Positions 36,905-52,122 of a DNA stretch of 64,000 nt are shown piece by piece (the first letter of the stretch is position 1; every line of letters begins with the position of its first letter). Under the pieces are notes generated by a model. That model saw only the letters and a program-made list of their open reading frames with translations. It was not told where the DNA came from and made no database searches. A program made the position numbers and the translations under genes. Origin of the DNA: Eledone cirrhosa (lineage: Eukaryota); assembly GCA_964016885.1 (NCBI GenBank), contig OZ024743.1:350238001-350302000 (forward strand), given 5' to 3'.

Positions 36905-38517
36905 CTAGCAGCTGAGCCCGGTTGCAGCCGGGGTCACTTTTTATTAAGTTAATAATTTGAAAAATATTATTGAAAGTTTATTATAAAGAAGCAGTTTCAG
37001 GGAAAAAAATAGAAATATGCACTTGGGGTTGGACGGCGTACAATGAGAAGTGTAGCGACGTGAAAAGCGTTATTTATTAATAGTGAAATAGCAATGTCGA
37101 TGATATTCAATTTGAAAAATACTACTTACTGTTACTGGTGGTTAACATGTATTAGAATTAAAATAAAAACACGCGTCCCTTCTTCGCAATTTCGCCAAGG
37201 GGCCGATACTTGGTTTTAGTGTCCTAAATTATCATCATCGACATTCAATTATTAGCTCCACCCACTATACGTCACGTCACGACACGTCATCAGCTGCTGC
37301 TGCGGCTTGATTTTTACATGTTCATTTTCTTACATGCTTCATTTTTACACGAAAAAACATTGAATTTTTAGAATAAATATTTATTAAAATATTAACAGAG
37401 AAAATTAGATTTTTGATTTATTTTTTGAACAAAATAAATATTTATTTAGTCTTTCACAGAAAAACTATGCTTCATTTTTACATGAATATTTATTTACAGT
37501 TTTTAAGTTTTTAACCGAAACACTATGCTTCATTTTTACATGAATATTTATTTACAGTTTTTAACAGAAAAATAATTGCTGCGAAATACATTTTTTTTTA
37601 ACACACGATACGTCACGAAGGTAAATGTTTCGAAAAAAATTTAAACTGTATATCGCAACAATATATTGTTTAAAGAAATTTTTTTTTCTGTTGTTTAAAA
37701 CTGTAAATCTCTTTTTAAAAAAATGTATTTAACCGAAACACTATGCTTCGTTTTTACATGAATATTTATTTACAGTTTTTAACAGAAAAAAAATTGCTGC
37801 GAAATACATTTTTTTTTCAACAGATTTACAGTTTTTAACAACAGAAAAAAAAATTCTTTAAACAATATATTGTTGCGATATACAGTTTAAAATTTTTTAG
37901 AAACATTTACCTTCGTGACGTATCGTGTGGTGGGTGGAGCTAATAATTGAATGTCGATGATGATAATTTAGGACACTAAAACCAAGTATCGCCAAGAGTT
38001 TTATTTCTTTTGATGGAAAACAGTGACCGTACTGCAGAATCGATTTCATAAAACGGTACTGTATGATCGTTAAATGTAGAAGGATGATAGTTTATTAACA
38101 GTGAAAAAGCAATGTCGATGATATGCAAGTTTAAAAATGCATATTATGAAGGCTTGTATGATAGTTTACACTTTTTCCTGAAACTGCTTCTTTATAATAA
38201 ACTTTCAATAATATTTTTCAAATTATTGATACTGTATGTTAACAGCGAAAGAACGTTGATGAGTTTAAAAATGCGTATGAAATTGTAAATAAGACAAAAG
38301 TATTAGAACAGGGGGAAATAACTCACCGAACGCGATAGTTTTGGGGGCCCCAGGGACAACATTTTTCAAGTTAGAGATTTGAAACCTCATGTATTTGCTT
38401 CCTTGGCACTTTTTACATAGGTGTGTAAATTTTCATGTCAGTCCGACCACGTCTACTACCATTTAACCGTGCACATTTGAATTTCAACCACCGCCCATTT
38501 CACAAATATATATTAGA
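36905..38517 (-). mobile_element. Non-autonomous Helitron
   Basis: A|TC 5' end at 38517; CCGGCTGCAACCGGG hairpin about 8 nt before the CTAG|T 3' end at 36905; no TSD; internal direct and inverted duplications. Confidence 0.75.
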
Positions 38518-38879
38518 TATATATATTTATTTATTTGGCAATCAGTGTTTATCATTGATTGACCAACGGTTAAAAATACAGATATAAATATATATATATA
38601 TATAATCTATAAAAGTTCTTTCGTCACACATCTGCGACATCATCAGTGGTACTATTATGTTTCCTCCCATTGTATTGTAAAGGCTACGCCATTTTTATTT
38701 TATTTATTTATTTATTCCATCTTGTCTCTTTGCGTGTGTGTTTAATGTTTGGTGTGTGTGTTCGCGTTTGAATGGATGTGATTTTGTTTTTGTATTCTAT
38801 CCTTGTTCACTAGTGTGTGTTTATATGTGTTTGTTGTTATTGTACTTGTGTATATATATATTTTTGTTTCTCTTAAGTC

Positions 38880-41800
38880 AGTATTGTTTGGGTATGGTTG
38901 TTGTTATGCCATTCGTTCTTTCTGTTCAACTTCAGTCTTCACAATTTTATCTCAGTTGCTTCTCTGATTTGCCTACCAGTTGAGTCATTTTTATGTTTTT
39001 AATTTCTATGTTGTCTATATTACCGTCATGTCTTTGTCTGGCGTGTTCATATAGTACTGAACGGTTTTTTTTTGTTGTCCTTTTAGATAAGTGTTGGTCT
39101 ATTCTTTCTCCTATGCTTCGAACTGTCTCACTTATGTATGTCGTTGTCATGTCTCTGCAAGTACCCTCTGTACATCTTATTCTATAGACTACATTTCCAG
39201 TGTTACAATTTATCTGGGGGTTCATTCTACATATAAAACATTTCTTATTCGTACAGTGAGTTTTCTTAAAGGAGTATGTCTTGCAGATCAGGGATTTCAT
39301 GGTACTTCCTCGCTTTGCTATCACTTTACTCTTTAGATGGGTCTTTCTTCGGGCCTTTCCCCATTGCTTAGCTAATTTCCCTCTAGGGGTAGCATCCATG
39401 TACATGACACTCAGGTATCTCTGGTTGTCGTACCATGAAGTGGCTTTCCCTATATTATGTTTAGTCCTATCTAAGCTATTCCATAATTTTCTCTTGTATA
39501 ATGGGCAAATTCCTTTCATGTCCATATCTATGAGGGTCTTATATTTCTCCGTGGCTCCTTTTATACTCTGATTCTGTCTCTTTGGATGTAGTAAGTGAAC
39601 TGCACGCGATTGATGAAGTGTTGGATGTGTCTTTCCATTTCAGTTTGGTCGCACATGCGGGACACCTTCTTCATCACTCTTACCAAGTCTGCGATCAGAA
39701 TATTAAACTTAGCACTATTGGACATTGCTGAGTTTTTGAGTATCAGGTATTTGGAGGCCATTGGTTCAGTATAGTGTGGGTGGAGAATTTGGGCCCTCTC
39801 GTCTCTAGTGTTAATCCAGAGTTCCGGGTCTAATACTGGTAGTCTATTGTTAGCGTGTTTGGAAGCGTAGTCAACGATTACAGTTACACGGTTACAGTTA
39901 CAGTGTATGGAGTTAGCTATCTGTTGGATCCTCTCCATTGTGCTATTTTCTAATTCATGCTTATTAGTACTCATTGTGGGAGTGTTCTTATTACTATATT
40001 AATATCTTCTTCGAAACGAGAGTACATGACGAGGGCTATGGAGTTCTCTTCAATGAGATCTCTGAGTCTCCTCTCCCACCATACCATAAATAGATTAGCA
40101 AAATCGCCAGCTATGCTGACGCCAATGGCTGCTCCTTCATTCTGGGTGTAGATATTTTCATTAAATCAAAACATATGGCCCTTTGGGGTAGTTTTAATAA
40201 TAGCCTCTATTGCATGTGCGAACATTTTTCTCAACTGATCATTGTTTTTGGGTGTCCGTATGGCTTTGGTCCATCCATTCCATCTTCCCATGGGAGTCTT
40301 TTTAGCCATCGAGGTTATGGTAGGGGGTCTAACTCTTATAGGTCTACTGGAGCAGAAACAGCTAAGGTCATGATTATCTAGGTATTCGATGTCATAAGTA
40401 AGTCTAAGTAGGAGGCCCAGTTCATCTGTGTCGACGTCGCAGAACTCCACCTCACTCTCACTGATTATTTCCACACATTTTTCCACAGCAAAATCAATGT
40501 TAATGGATGGGTACAGAGATACTACATCCATACTGCCTATTATGCAGTTAGTTAGGATTTTGTTGTTGTTACATTCATTGACTCTGCTGAGGAGATCCTC
40601 TGTGCTGTCACATATATCTAGGGACATCTTAATTATGGGGCGTATAACCATCGAGAGGAAGTAGGAGATCCTGTAGTTGCTAGCAATATTGGCTCCGCAT
40701 ACAGATCTTGTTGGTGGTCCTGTCCTCGGGTTGTTGGTTGTTTTATGGTCTTTGCGGAGCCCATACAAGGTTCGTATGTCATTGTTAGACGCTTGGAAGT
40801 TGTTGAATGTGCGTCTACTTGGCTTTAGAATGTCGGTCCACATCATCATGTGAGCGTTGAGGATCTTTTCTCTCTCCTCATGTGTTTGTTGTGTTGTTTC
40901 GCTCGTGTTGATGATGTGGGGTTGCATAGCCTTGATATAGTTCGGCATGCTGTATATTGACATCCTACCAGATTTATCTGTGGGTAGACACACTGCCTCA
41001 CTATCCCTTGTGCGCTGCTTGAGGCTAAGTAGACCTTCTACAGGTTTCCTTCTAAGTTGTTGGATTTCTTGTCTCCTTTGTCTCTTAGTATATTGGTCTA
41101 CTACCTGTTTAAGTTTATTTCTAGCTATGATAAACTGTCCCTCTGTTCCGTCATCTGTTTATTGTGGTATACAAACTCTTTTATTAAAAAAAAGGTAATT
41201 TAGTGGGATAACTTTGTTCATCTTATATGTTTGTCAGCTGGGTTGAAGAACAGGTTCTCTAAGGGGTTGTCATTAAATCTACCGTTATAGTTGTGTGTAC
41301 TACTATTATTGTTATTATGGTTGTTGTTGTTCGTACCGTTAACATTATTATTATTGTTATGGTTGTTAAATGTATTGTTGTTGTTGTTCTCTCGTTTGTT
41401 ATTGTTTTTGTTACTGCTATTTCTACCTTTGTGGTTGTTACCTGTATTGTTATGTTTCTTGTTTTGTTTTTCTTTTGGTTGTTGTTGTTGTTGTTGTTCT
41501 GCTTATCGTTAACGTTGCTGTTCCTGCTATATCCATTATTATTATTATTTCTATCTCTCCTTTCATCCTTACGGGGTCGATCAAATAAAGTACCAGTCCC
41601 GCGATTTAATCGAATTCCCCTTCCCCGCAAAATTGCTGGTTTTGTACCTATATAAGAAATATTATTATTTCCATCCCTCCTGCTATTGTTATTGTTATTA
41701 TTATAGCTGTTATTTCTATAGTCAAAGTTATTGCTTTTATTACTACTTTCGTTATTATTATTATTGTTGTTCGTATTGTTGTATTTATGTTCACGTTCCA

Positions 41801-42518
41801 ACGTATTTTAGTGAAGGACTTTTCAATCTCCGACATGCATTGTACTGGGTTTACCTTGTTATATACTATGAACTTTGGTGGTAGTTGTAGAATGTGTTGT
41901 TCTTGTTCGCTGGTTATAGTGTTCCCATAGATGTTTAGTGTCTGGTCTTTGGTAAACTCTGTAGGTAATATGACATCTCTCATACAGATATTGTCGATCT
42001 TGTCAGAATATTTTTGTAAGTTTTCTTTTCTCTTTTCCTGTTGTTTTTTTTTTCCTTCATCAATCTTAATTTCTTATTGAAATGCTTATTGTATTCGGTT
42101 TGAGCATATTTTGTTTCATACCGGGTGATATTCATGAGATTATTTTTCTCGTTTCGTTTGGAGAGATTTTGAATTTCCTTAACGCGTTTCTGTTTGTAAA
42201 GTTCGTTAATTTTTCTGTTATTGCTTTCATATTGACTGATAACGTGCGTTTTAGGCGTTCGGCTTGTGTTTTGTTTAGTAGTAAATTATTTACTTATTTT
42301 AAGATGTTTACAGTGTATATTTTGAAGGAAACACAGTGTTTTAAGAAGCGAATTTGTTCTGTTGTTATTGTAGTTTTTATATAAGAGAAATTAGTGTCTT
42401 TCAATGACCTTTCAGCTTGGCATAAGCTGGTGCTGTGACGGCGTTGAATTTGTTTTGCAAGGGTTTTGATATGAAATCGTGTGTCGAAACAAATATTGCT
42501 ATACTTGGGGAGGGCCAT
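38880..42518 (-). pseudogene. Disrupted Penelope-like RT/GIY-YIG ORF
   Basis: Fragments MALPKYSNI..., LQLPPKF, LPTDKSGR, GSMDVVSLYPSI, LPVLD, NVVYRIRC..YISETVRS in shifting frames; SINE inserted at 41560-41662. Confidence 0.88.
41560..41662 (+). mobile_element. Truncated SINE inserted in the Penelope ORF
   Basis: ctttcatccttacggggtcga..aaataaagtaccagt..gctggttttgtacc SINE 3' half. Confidence 0.75.
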
Positions 42519-43308
42519 ATTGTTACAATATTGCCAGAAATAATAACCAATATTGCCAGAAATAATTCGCTTCTGTGTCTTTTATATCTCCATAGTTAAT
42601 TTATTTGGCAATCAATGTTTATCATTGATTGACCTACGGTTAAAAATACAGATACAAATATATATATATATAGTCTATCAAAGTTCTTTCGTCACACATC
42701 TGCTACATCATCAGTGGTACTATTATGTTTCCTCCCATTGTATTGTAAAGTCGTACATGGAATATATCCATCATTAGACCACACACATAATCTATTTTTA
42801 TCGTCGATAAAGTACGGTATACAACTGTTTCTAATACTAGCGTCATTGCTTGATAACAATCGAATAAATTTTACCTTGCCTATGGTCGAAAACTAATAAT
42901 ATCCAGAGCGATATAAAGTATATTCTGAAAACGTTATCTTCCTTTATTTTCTGATAATATATCAGATGCTTATAGCTCTATCAATGTAAACAGTAAAAAC
43001 CCACTTTTAAATTTACTCACTGAACTCCAAGATTTAAAAGTATGTTTCATCTTTCAGTAGTTGCCTTATACATTAAGTAAAATGTCTTTCTCCAGCATTT
43101 CAAGTTTAATTACTTCTAAATAGAAATTGGATATTATAGGATTGTAACTTGAGGTAAATCACTTTATTTTATTCTATTTCAGATGCAACATATGCAACAT
43201 CAGACTATACAATACCAAGAATTAAGGTTAGAAAAGTATGTTGAGATGTGTAAAACGAATAAGGAGATAGTAAATTGAAGATAGACGGGCCCTATGACCG
43301 CTAATAAC

Positions 43309-43523
43309 GATTTCTAGTATAGGCACAAGGCCTATAATTTGGGAAGAGAGGAAAGTCGATTTAATCGACCCCAGTGCGTAACTGGTACTTTATTTTATGA
43401 ACTCCGTACGTATGAACGGCAAACCTCGGCGGGATTTGAACTCAGATCGTAAAGAACCGTAACTCTATGCTGCAAAGCATGGCGTCCGATCCTCTACTGA
43501 TACTGCCAATCTACCGCCCTTCA
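43309..43523 (-). mobile_element. tRNA-derived SINE with TSD
   Basis: TSD atgacc(g/a)ctaataac at 43294 and 43524. Confidence 0.88.
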
Positions 43524-43742
43524 ATGACCACTAATAACACCATGGCAGTTATGACAAAACTTTTAGAATTTGACTCTTCCATAACCACGTTGATTTACTG
43601 TTGTTTTATTTAATAGTGTATATGTATGGTTAAATAATTTTTACCATATATGATGGAAGTAAAATCTATCTGTTCTATGATTTGGAGAAGCGGTTGTATC
43701 GTTTCCATTGCTCAAAAGGTAGCTTAAGTTTTTATATTTGAA

Positions 43743-44632
43743 CTAGCAGTGGTACCCGGCGTTGCACGGGATAAAGTATTTTGGAACGCGGGCCGCCAAC
43801 AAACCTAATCGTGCAAAAACTGCATGCCTGGACAATATGTAAAGAAAATAAACCGAATACTGTGATGGCTGGATAATCTTTAAGATTTTCCTCGATGAAG
43901 CAGGAAAATTGCAGGTTTTCACCTAATGTGGGCCCTAGGGGATCAAGAAAATGAAATATTTTTATGTACATAATATGCCTTGAAATTTTGGGAAAATCGG
44001 CTAGACGTAACGCCTCAAAAGACCCTTAAAAAGCTGAAAAAAATGAAGTTTTTCATCTAATGCTTACCCTAGGCCATAAAAAAGTTGTATTTTCTTTGCT
44101 CACGGTATGAAGAAGAGACTGACTAATACGCAGTTACAATTTCAAGGAAATCAGTCTGACGTAACAACTAAAAAAAAACTCTAAAAACCTGAAAAAACAC
44201 AGTTTTTCAACTACCGCGGGCCCTAGGGTATCAAAAATTGAATTTTTTATGTGAATAACACTCCCTGAAACATAAGTAATACACATGTAAAGTTTGAAAA
44301 AGGTCGGTTGGGTACTTCTCGAGTTTTAGGGATTTAAACTCACAGACACACACACACAGACAGACATCCTCAGGGATGTGAGGTAATGCAGACAGTCAGA
44401 CATACAGACAGATATTATAAGGGCACGACGTCATATGTATGTATCTATCTAAAAAGAGAAAGACTAAGAATTATAGAGAGAGATCGCTAAATCGCTTAAT
44501 GCGGTCCCTATGGCATAGAAAATTCAACATTTGTTTTGATCAGAACACTCCCTGAAACATAAGTATTACATGTGTAAAGTTTGAAAACAGTCGATTGGGT
44601 GGTTCTCGAGTTTTAGGGATTCAAACTCACAT
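43743..44632 (-). mobile_element. Non-autonomous Helitron (5' boundary uncertain)
   Basis: CCCGTGCAACGCCGGG hairpin followed by CTAG|T at 43743; internal degenerate repeats and (CAGA)n; candidate A|TC start at 44483. Confidence 0.65.
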
Positions 44633-44633
44633 A

Positions 44634-45433
<800 letters not shown>

Positions 45434-45457
45434 GGAGAGAGAGAGTGAGAGCAAGAA

Positions 45458-45591
<134 letters not shown>

Positions 45592-45675
45592 GTTTGGTAC
45601 ACGTCTATCTATCTATCTCTCCAACATCCAACATATTTTCGAAAATATTTTTGCAAAACACTTCATTTTTTAAAA

Positions 45676-47604
45676 ATGGCCGAAGCAAAGGCACCTACTT
45701 CTTTGTCAAAACAAGAAGATGGGAAGGGAAAGCCATGCCTACTTGACCAGCAGGTAGTAGCAGACATGGACAAAGGAATACCAACATGATCGCCTCAACA
45801 TTTAGAAGTGGAACAAACTTCAGCTGCTTGTAAGCAACTGAACACGCCTGACGTCACAAACGTCACATGTATCCACACACAGAAGGAAATATATGTAGCA
45901 AATACTTCGTTTCGTAAAGAAATGGAAATTCACACAACAAAAATTGAAAATAACAGCCCACAACAGACACCAAAAAATACAGAAAATGAAAAAAATTGAA
46001 AGCACATCCAACAACACCAATCAAAAGGAAAAAAATGTCAACACAAACACCAACACAAACACCAAAGAAAATACAAATAACAGTGACAACAACAAGAAAG
46101 ACAATAACAGCAAAATTTCTTTTGCTGATACTGTAAAAAAAACGGAAATATTTCAACTTTTGGATTTAACCAACGCGAAACAAAAGTTGGAAGAAGCTAA
46201 ACAATATGTGACTTTTGGACCCAATGGGTCATTTAGCATAAATTTACCACAAGAACTAAGGAGAGAGAATGCCCTGAACACGGTGGTTTTCAGGACAATC
46301 TCAAATGCATAAACAAAACCATCTCAAATATCTCAAAGTGAGATTGAGCTGGTTTTAAGGAACCATATGGATAACATTTTATTCATTCAGAAAGCCAAAC
46401 TTTTCGACAGTATTTCGGTGCTGATGAAAGACAAAATAACCATATATTCCATCGCGCCCATTTTTCCCTTTTTCCCTACATACATGGGAAAAAGGACGCA
46501 AAAAATAAAAATTACATGCATAAGACCCAAAGTAGATATTTGGTGGATACTTTATGGCCTAATTGACTTTGAACAAGACATTTTGATCTCAGTAGTAAAA
46601 TCCTTCAGAGATATATTTGGTGGGACTAGCGTCAAAATTCTGATGCAGATGAGCCCAGAACGTATAGCGAAAATCCCACAAAGAGTACCTCTGGATGGAC
46701 AGACCTACATAAACATTTCGGTTGAGGGTAAGCGGCCCGCATGTTACCACTGCGCAAGCAGAGGTCACCTAAGGGGTGCCTGTCCTCAATTGACAAAAAG
46801 AAATCTACTTTTGCCGTCACCACAAATAACAACACAACCACCACCACCGCCACCACAACAACAAAAACAACAAGAAAAAACAACACAGAACACTATCCCA
46901 CCCAACCCCTCCCCACCCAAGACAAATACAAAAACACACACAGACACTACAGAACCCCAAAACATACCCCTACCCGGATGAGGAGCCCCTATCGACGGCA
47001 CCCAGCGGCGATGAGGAGGAACCATTCCAACCCGTGAAAAGGAAAGAAAAAAAAGCACCGCATGAACAAAAACGAAACAAACACACAAACACCAGCACAA
47101 AAATCACAAACAAAAGTTCCCCCTCCCGAAAACAAAACACCCACAACAAAGAGAAAACACACGCAGGAGCCACAGACAAAAACAAACACAACACAGGAAA
47201 AGTACACATACACTTACATAAACGAAGAAAATAGAACACTGATGGAGACCATCAAAAACAACCCTTTGGTCAAAACCGAAGGGAAAACTTTGGATAGCTC
47301 CAACAAAAACAAAAAAACGAGCCTAAAACTGATGAGGGTCCCTATAGGAACTTGTAGGTCCCTAAAAGAAGCATTTGAAGAGGACGTGGGGAATTCCTGC
47401 TTTAAACCAATCAACCGCGTCCTCTTCAGAGGTCTCCCCACCACATGCACCCCCACCCCAGTCACCCCCTCCCAACATACACCCCCTACCCACCAAACAC
47501 CTCCGTCCCCACCCCGCCAGAAACCACCACCCCACCAAACATACCCTCCAACACCCCTCTGGAAATTGTGCAGCCTGGTCCCCAGGAGACGAGGAGGTGA
47601 GTGA
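45676..47604 (+). pseudogene. LINE ORF1 (gag-like, CCHC knuckle), frameshifted
   Basis: ISFADTVK motif, CYHCASRGHLRGAC knuckle, low-complexity T/N/K/P regions. Confidence 0.75.
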
Positions 47605-47640
47605 TTTCTTTTCCTCTTCTTTTAAATTTTCAGCACCAAC

Positions 47641-50330
47641 ATGGCCAATATAAGAGTTGGATGTGTGAAAGTACGCGGCCTAGGGATTCCCTGGAAAAAG
47701 GGCAAACTCTTAAACGATCTCAGGTATGTATGTAGTAGCCATTTGCGAGTCCAGGATCCACAGCGAGCGACAACTGGCCCCCATCTTTGAGATCTACGCA
47801 TCTCTCTGTCAGCCGGGGGGTGGGGGCGGGCTTGCCGTTTTGCTGCGGAAACACCTGGACCTCGTAATACAGACGGTACATCTGGACCCGGAGGGACGAC
47901 TGGTGGTCCTAGACGTTGACCGTAGTGAAGGTGGAGCCTTCAGGCTGGTGGCCGCATATGCCCCATCCGGGACACCCGCGGCCAGACTTCTTCAAACGTC
48001 TAGAGACTTTTCCGAGAACGTCCCGCTCCTTGCTTTTAGTGGCGGACTGGAATGGAATTCTAGATGCACGTTGGGACTATGTGGGAGCATGTCCCGATAG
48101 AGGGGGGTGTAACAGCCTCAAACAGTTAATCGGCCGATTTGACCTGGCCGATAGATATCGACTAGATTTTCCGACTATGCCTCTGTGAACGTGGACTAAT
48201 CTTAGCGGAACATCTAGATCGTACCTAGATAGCGTTCTAGTTAGGAAGAAGGATAGGGATATGTTAAGCTGACACAAATGTTCATGGTGGCCTATTCAGA
48301 TTACAAATTAGTGACCTGCTTAGTCAACCTTGCAAAACCCATAGACAGGAATCCGACTACTCCAGGTCTCGACGTTCTACCCTACGAATTTTACGTAGCA
48401 ATGCCGGACTTGTTCTCCTGTCTTCTGGAAACGATCTACTGCAACTGGCAGCAGAACAGATGAATTCCCAGTTCTGTAACGTAGGGCGTAGTCACATTAG
48501 TCAGGAAGGGCGAGAATAAGGGGGATGACATAGGCAACTTCCGGCCCATAACTCTGCTAAACACAGAGTTACAGATTTTGGCCAAAGTGTTGGCAAAGAG
48601 GCTGGCGCTTGTCGTCGAAAACCTGGTGGGAGAAGAGCAGACATGCACAATCCCGACCAGGTCCATACATGACAAACTCCACATCATAGAGAGGGTAGGG
48701 TGTAAACCCGGCTTCGGTGGGGCCCTGATCAATTTGGATCAGTCTAAGGTTTTCGATAGGGCTGACCATCGTTACCTGGAAGCGGTGATGGAGGCGGCAG
48801 GCTTCGCACCCATGTTCAGGGGCTGGATTGCTGCAATGTACAGCAGCAACATCTGTTCAAGAGTCAAGGTGAACGGCTACGTCTCGGAGCCGTTCCATAT
48901 CACGCGATCCATCCGACAGGGATGCCCTCTTTCCACCCTTCTCTACGTACTGACTCTCGAACCACTACAGCGGAGGTTGGAGCTATTGCAGGGCATCCCT
49001 TTGGAACAAGGATTGCGAAAAGCGGCGTCGGCCTACGCCGACGACATAACAGTAATGGTGCCGGGCACCTCGCAATTCGGGGAGGTCGGCTCCTTAAGGA
49101 AGGAATACGAAAGGTTCACAGGAGCGAAGCTGAACCGGGACAAATCCGTTGGTTTGCAACTCGGAACGGGGAGAGGCAAACCGATGCCTTCCGATGGCGT
49201 CGTCGGACACTGGACGGAAGGACCGGTAAAGCACCTCGGGGTCTGGTTTGGTCCAGACCTCCAGGTGAAGAACTGGAACGAGGTGACGGCCAAGGTGTTT
49301 GTACTCACCCAGAAGTGCGCAGAGTGCAAACTATCCTTGAAAGGTCGAGCGGAGGTGGTGAACACTTAGAGTCCGTCATCTACTACCGCTTGACCCTCGT
49401 GCCTTGTCCAGCCAAAACGCTCACCAAAATGCAGCGCGCGCTCTTCCAATTCCTTTGGAAGAAGCGGGCTCCTTCGGTGAGAAGATCCATCTGCTGCCAA
49501 CACCCTTCAAACGAAGGGCTGGGGATGCCGTGGCTGACGATGCGCAAACACGCACTCAGGCTGCGGCACCTCCACGTATTCATCTCCGGACAAGCGGTGT
49601 GGGCCCTGTTCGTGAGGCGAGCTGCAGTCCTGGGTCAAGCAAAGACCGAGGAAAATGGACGACTGGCACATCGAATGTGCTCAGGCGCTCACAGCCCTCT
49701 GGGAGGTGGACCCGGCGATCAGTGGAGACTCCACTTCGTCATTCTATAGAGGGTTGGTCCGCAGCAAGTGCGACGACGCGCTCGGAGAAACTCTAGGCGT
49801 AGAGGAAGACGAATTGGCCAGTCTGTTCGATAGAACCTTCCGCCCGGGAGCGATGGACAACTTCCAAAAGTCCCTGGCCTGGGAGTGCTACCGAGGAGCT
49901 CTACCAGTTCGAGACAAGCTCTACAGACACGGGCGCCCGGGCAGGGACCCTTCGAAAAAGATCTGTCCGAAATGCGTGCGCGACGAGGAAACCGTCGCGC
50001 ACGCATTTATACAGTGCTCGGGCGTTACCCACCTGTGGGGCTATGTAGAACAACTATTGTCGCGGGTGGGACCAATCCAGTTGACCACCGAGTCCATTCT
50101 CATGATCAAACCGCCACCCTCCTTCAAAAACGAAGGAGAGGCGGTTGTCCTATATGTTATGGCTATGTTGAAAGAGGTTATATGGTGGACGAGGTTAAAA
50201 GGGCTGAGGTCAGACACTTTTCTCTCCGGCGAACTACTGATTCGTTTTTTTCAAATATCATTTTGGAAGAAGAATCCGGATGGAGAGAGAGGTGCTGTAC
50301 CCCAGCAAATTTTATAAAAGGTGGGTGAAT
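47641..50330 (+). pseudogene. LINE ORF2 (APE + RT + zinc-binding), disrupted, with internal deletion
   Basis: VRGL, ICESRI, DWNGILD, PGLDVLPYEFY, FRPITLLN, DQSKVFDR, RQGCPLS, YADDI, CPKC..ETVAHAFIQC; EN-RT linker missing near 48340. Confidence 0.88.
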
Positions 50331-50629
50331 GTGGCAAAGATGGCCCGAGTGGTTGTGCCTTCTCTCTATATAAGCCTGTAGGTTGAGGAAAAAGAGAAAG
50401 AGAGGAGGGGAGTACTCACTCTTGGTGCTCCTGGAGATGAGGGTTGTACATTTTTTCGTGGTGTGTACAAATCCTGTGTAACGCCTCCCCCCTATTGGGG
50501 ATTTCAATTGTTATTTGTTATTTTATTAATAGTTTTATTTTCATATACCTGTATGTAAACTCCCCATTTGTATTTGTCCCCATCTTTTGTGCCCTTGTGG
50601 CTAATAAAGAAATGTATCTATCTCTCCAA

Positions 50630-51038
50630 CAGGGGTCTCAAACATGCGGTCCGCGAACTACTTTTCTATGGCCCGTGGTAGAACCAATATTTCAGATTCC
50701 AATATAACCCGGTGAAAATAAGGCGGTGAGCTGGTGGAATCGTTAGCACATCTGGCGAAATGCTTAGCGGTACTTCTTCCGTTTTTACGTTCCAAGTTCA
50801 AATTCCGCCGAACTCAAGTTTTCCTTTCATCCTTTTGGAATCGATAAATTAAGTACCAGTTGTGAACTGGGATCGATATAATGGACGGGACCCTAAACCC
50901 TAAATTTCATGCCTTATGCCTATAGTAGAAATGATTATAACTTAACTGGTGAAAATTATCAACCACCACCTCGTTTGGCCCAGTGCCTCTCCTCCAGCAC
51001 GTAATGGCCCTTTTATGTCCTTGAGTTTGAGACCCCTT
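50630..51038. mobile_element. hAT (Charlie-like) MITE containing a SINE (50720-50938)
   Basis: TIRs AGGGGTCTCAAAC (50631) and GTTTGAGACCCCT (51025-51037). Confidence 0.7.
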
Positions 51039-51042
51039 TTCT

Positions 51043-51089
<47 letters not shown>

Positions 51090-51099
51090 CACTTTACTT

Positions 51100-51348
51100 T
51101 TTTTTCTGTCTCTGGACTACGCCCATGCTAGAGCACCACCTTGGTAAGTTATGGGGACGTCAACAAACCAACAAGCATTGGTGGGAGGGCAAACACAAAC
51201 GCAAAGACACACACAGACATATATACATATATACGACGCGTTTCTTTTAGTTTCGGTCTATCATATCCACTCACAGGGCTTTGGTCGGCCCGGGCAGTGG
51301 GACTGAACCCGGAAATATGTGGTTGGGAAGCAAGCTTCTTGTCACACT

Positions 51349-51351
<3 letters not shown>
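51100..51351 (-). mobile_element. tRNA-derived SINE (family B)
   Basis: Minus-strand head gcagtgtgacaagaagcttgcttcccaaccac..gggttcagtccc. Confidence 0.6.
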
Positions 51352-51426
<75 letters not shown>

Positions 51427-51473
51427 GTATGTATATATATATATATGTGTATATGTATGTATATATATATATG

Positions 51474-51505
<32 letters not shown>

Positions 51506-52083
51506 TGTGTGTGTGTGCGTGCGTGCGTATGTGTGTGTGTTATAAAGTTAACAATGAACAAAAAAAGAACAAAGTCTTTATAACTTTGTTTTTATTGTTA
51601 ATTTAATACCTAATTTCTGACTCTGTATCTAAAGAATTAATACAGCGAAACACAGCACTTCTCTATGGATTTTACAAGATCACATTGAGTCATATCTACG
51701 GTACGGACCATACCACCACAGGTAGACCTGACTGAAAAAAGAATATATATATATGTCTGTGTGTATGTGTGTGTATAATATATATATACAATGATATTAA
51801 ATAAATGGAAACTATATTTATAAAACCATATTTATTCTATTATATATATTTCAAGAGTACCAAAACTTTGGTACGCTTTCATCAGATAAAATACAAAGTT
51901 TGTTTTATAAATGTTGATATAACCAAGAAAAATACCTTAACGGTTCAAGTTTTTCTTTTTATCCAAGAAAAACTTGAACCGTTAAGTTTTGAATATTATA
52001 CTCCAGAAATACTGTTGAGTGCTCTAAATCAGTTATAAACATTTATATTTGTTGAATTACCAACAAATTGAATATCCCTTTTG

Positions 52084-52122
<39 letters not shown>

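Larger units (their letters stand above)
38520..42750 (-). mobile_element. Full-length decayed Penelope-like element 2 with direct pLTRs
   Basis: Direct repeats 38527-38681 and 42598-42749, each with a degenerate HHR (38608-38651, 42676-42719; 4068 bp apart); homologous to element 1. Confidence 0.9.
45627..50614 (+). mobile_element. Tx1/L1-clade LINE, near full-length, decayed, 17-bp TSD
   Basis: TSD tatctatctctccaaca at 45610-45626 and 50615-50631; AATAAA at 50603; ORF1 and ORF2 remnants. Confidence 0.9.

Noticed and set aside
43021-43050. Candidate first exon of the mucin (MKHTFKSWSS|GTGAGT, minus strand)
   Set aside because: Phase 0 donor is incompatible with the phase 2 acceptor at 15339.
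47325-47375. CTGATGA plus hairpin within LINE ORF1
   Set aside because: Followed by TAAAA rather than GAAA; no stem I or III.
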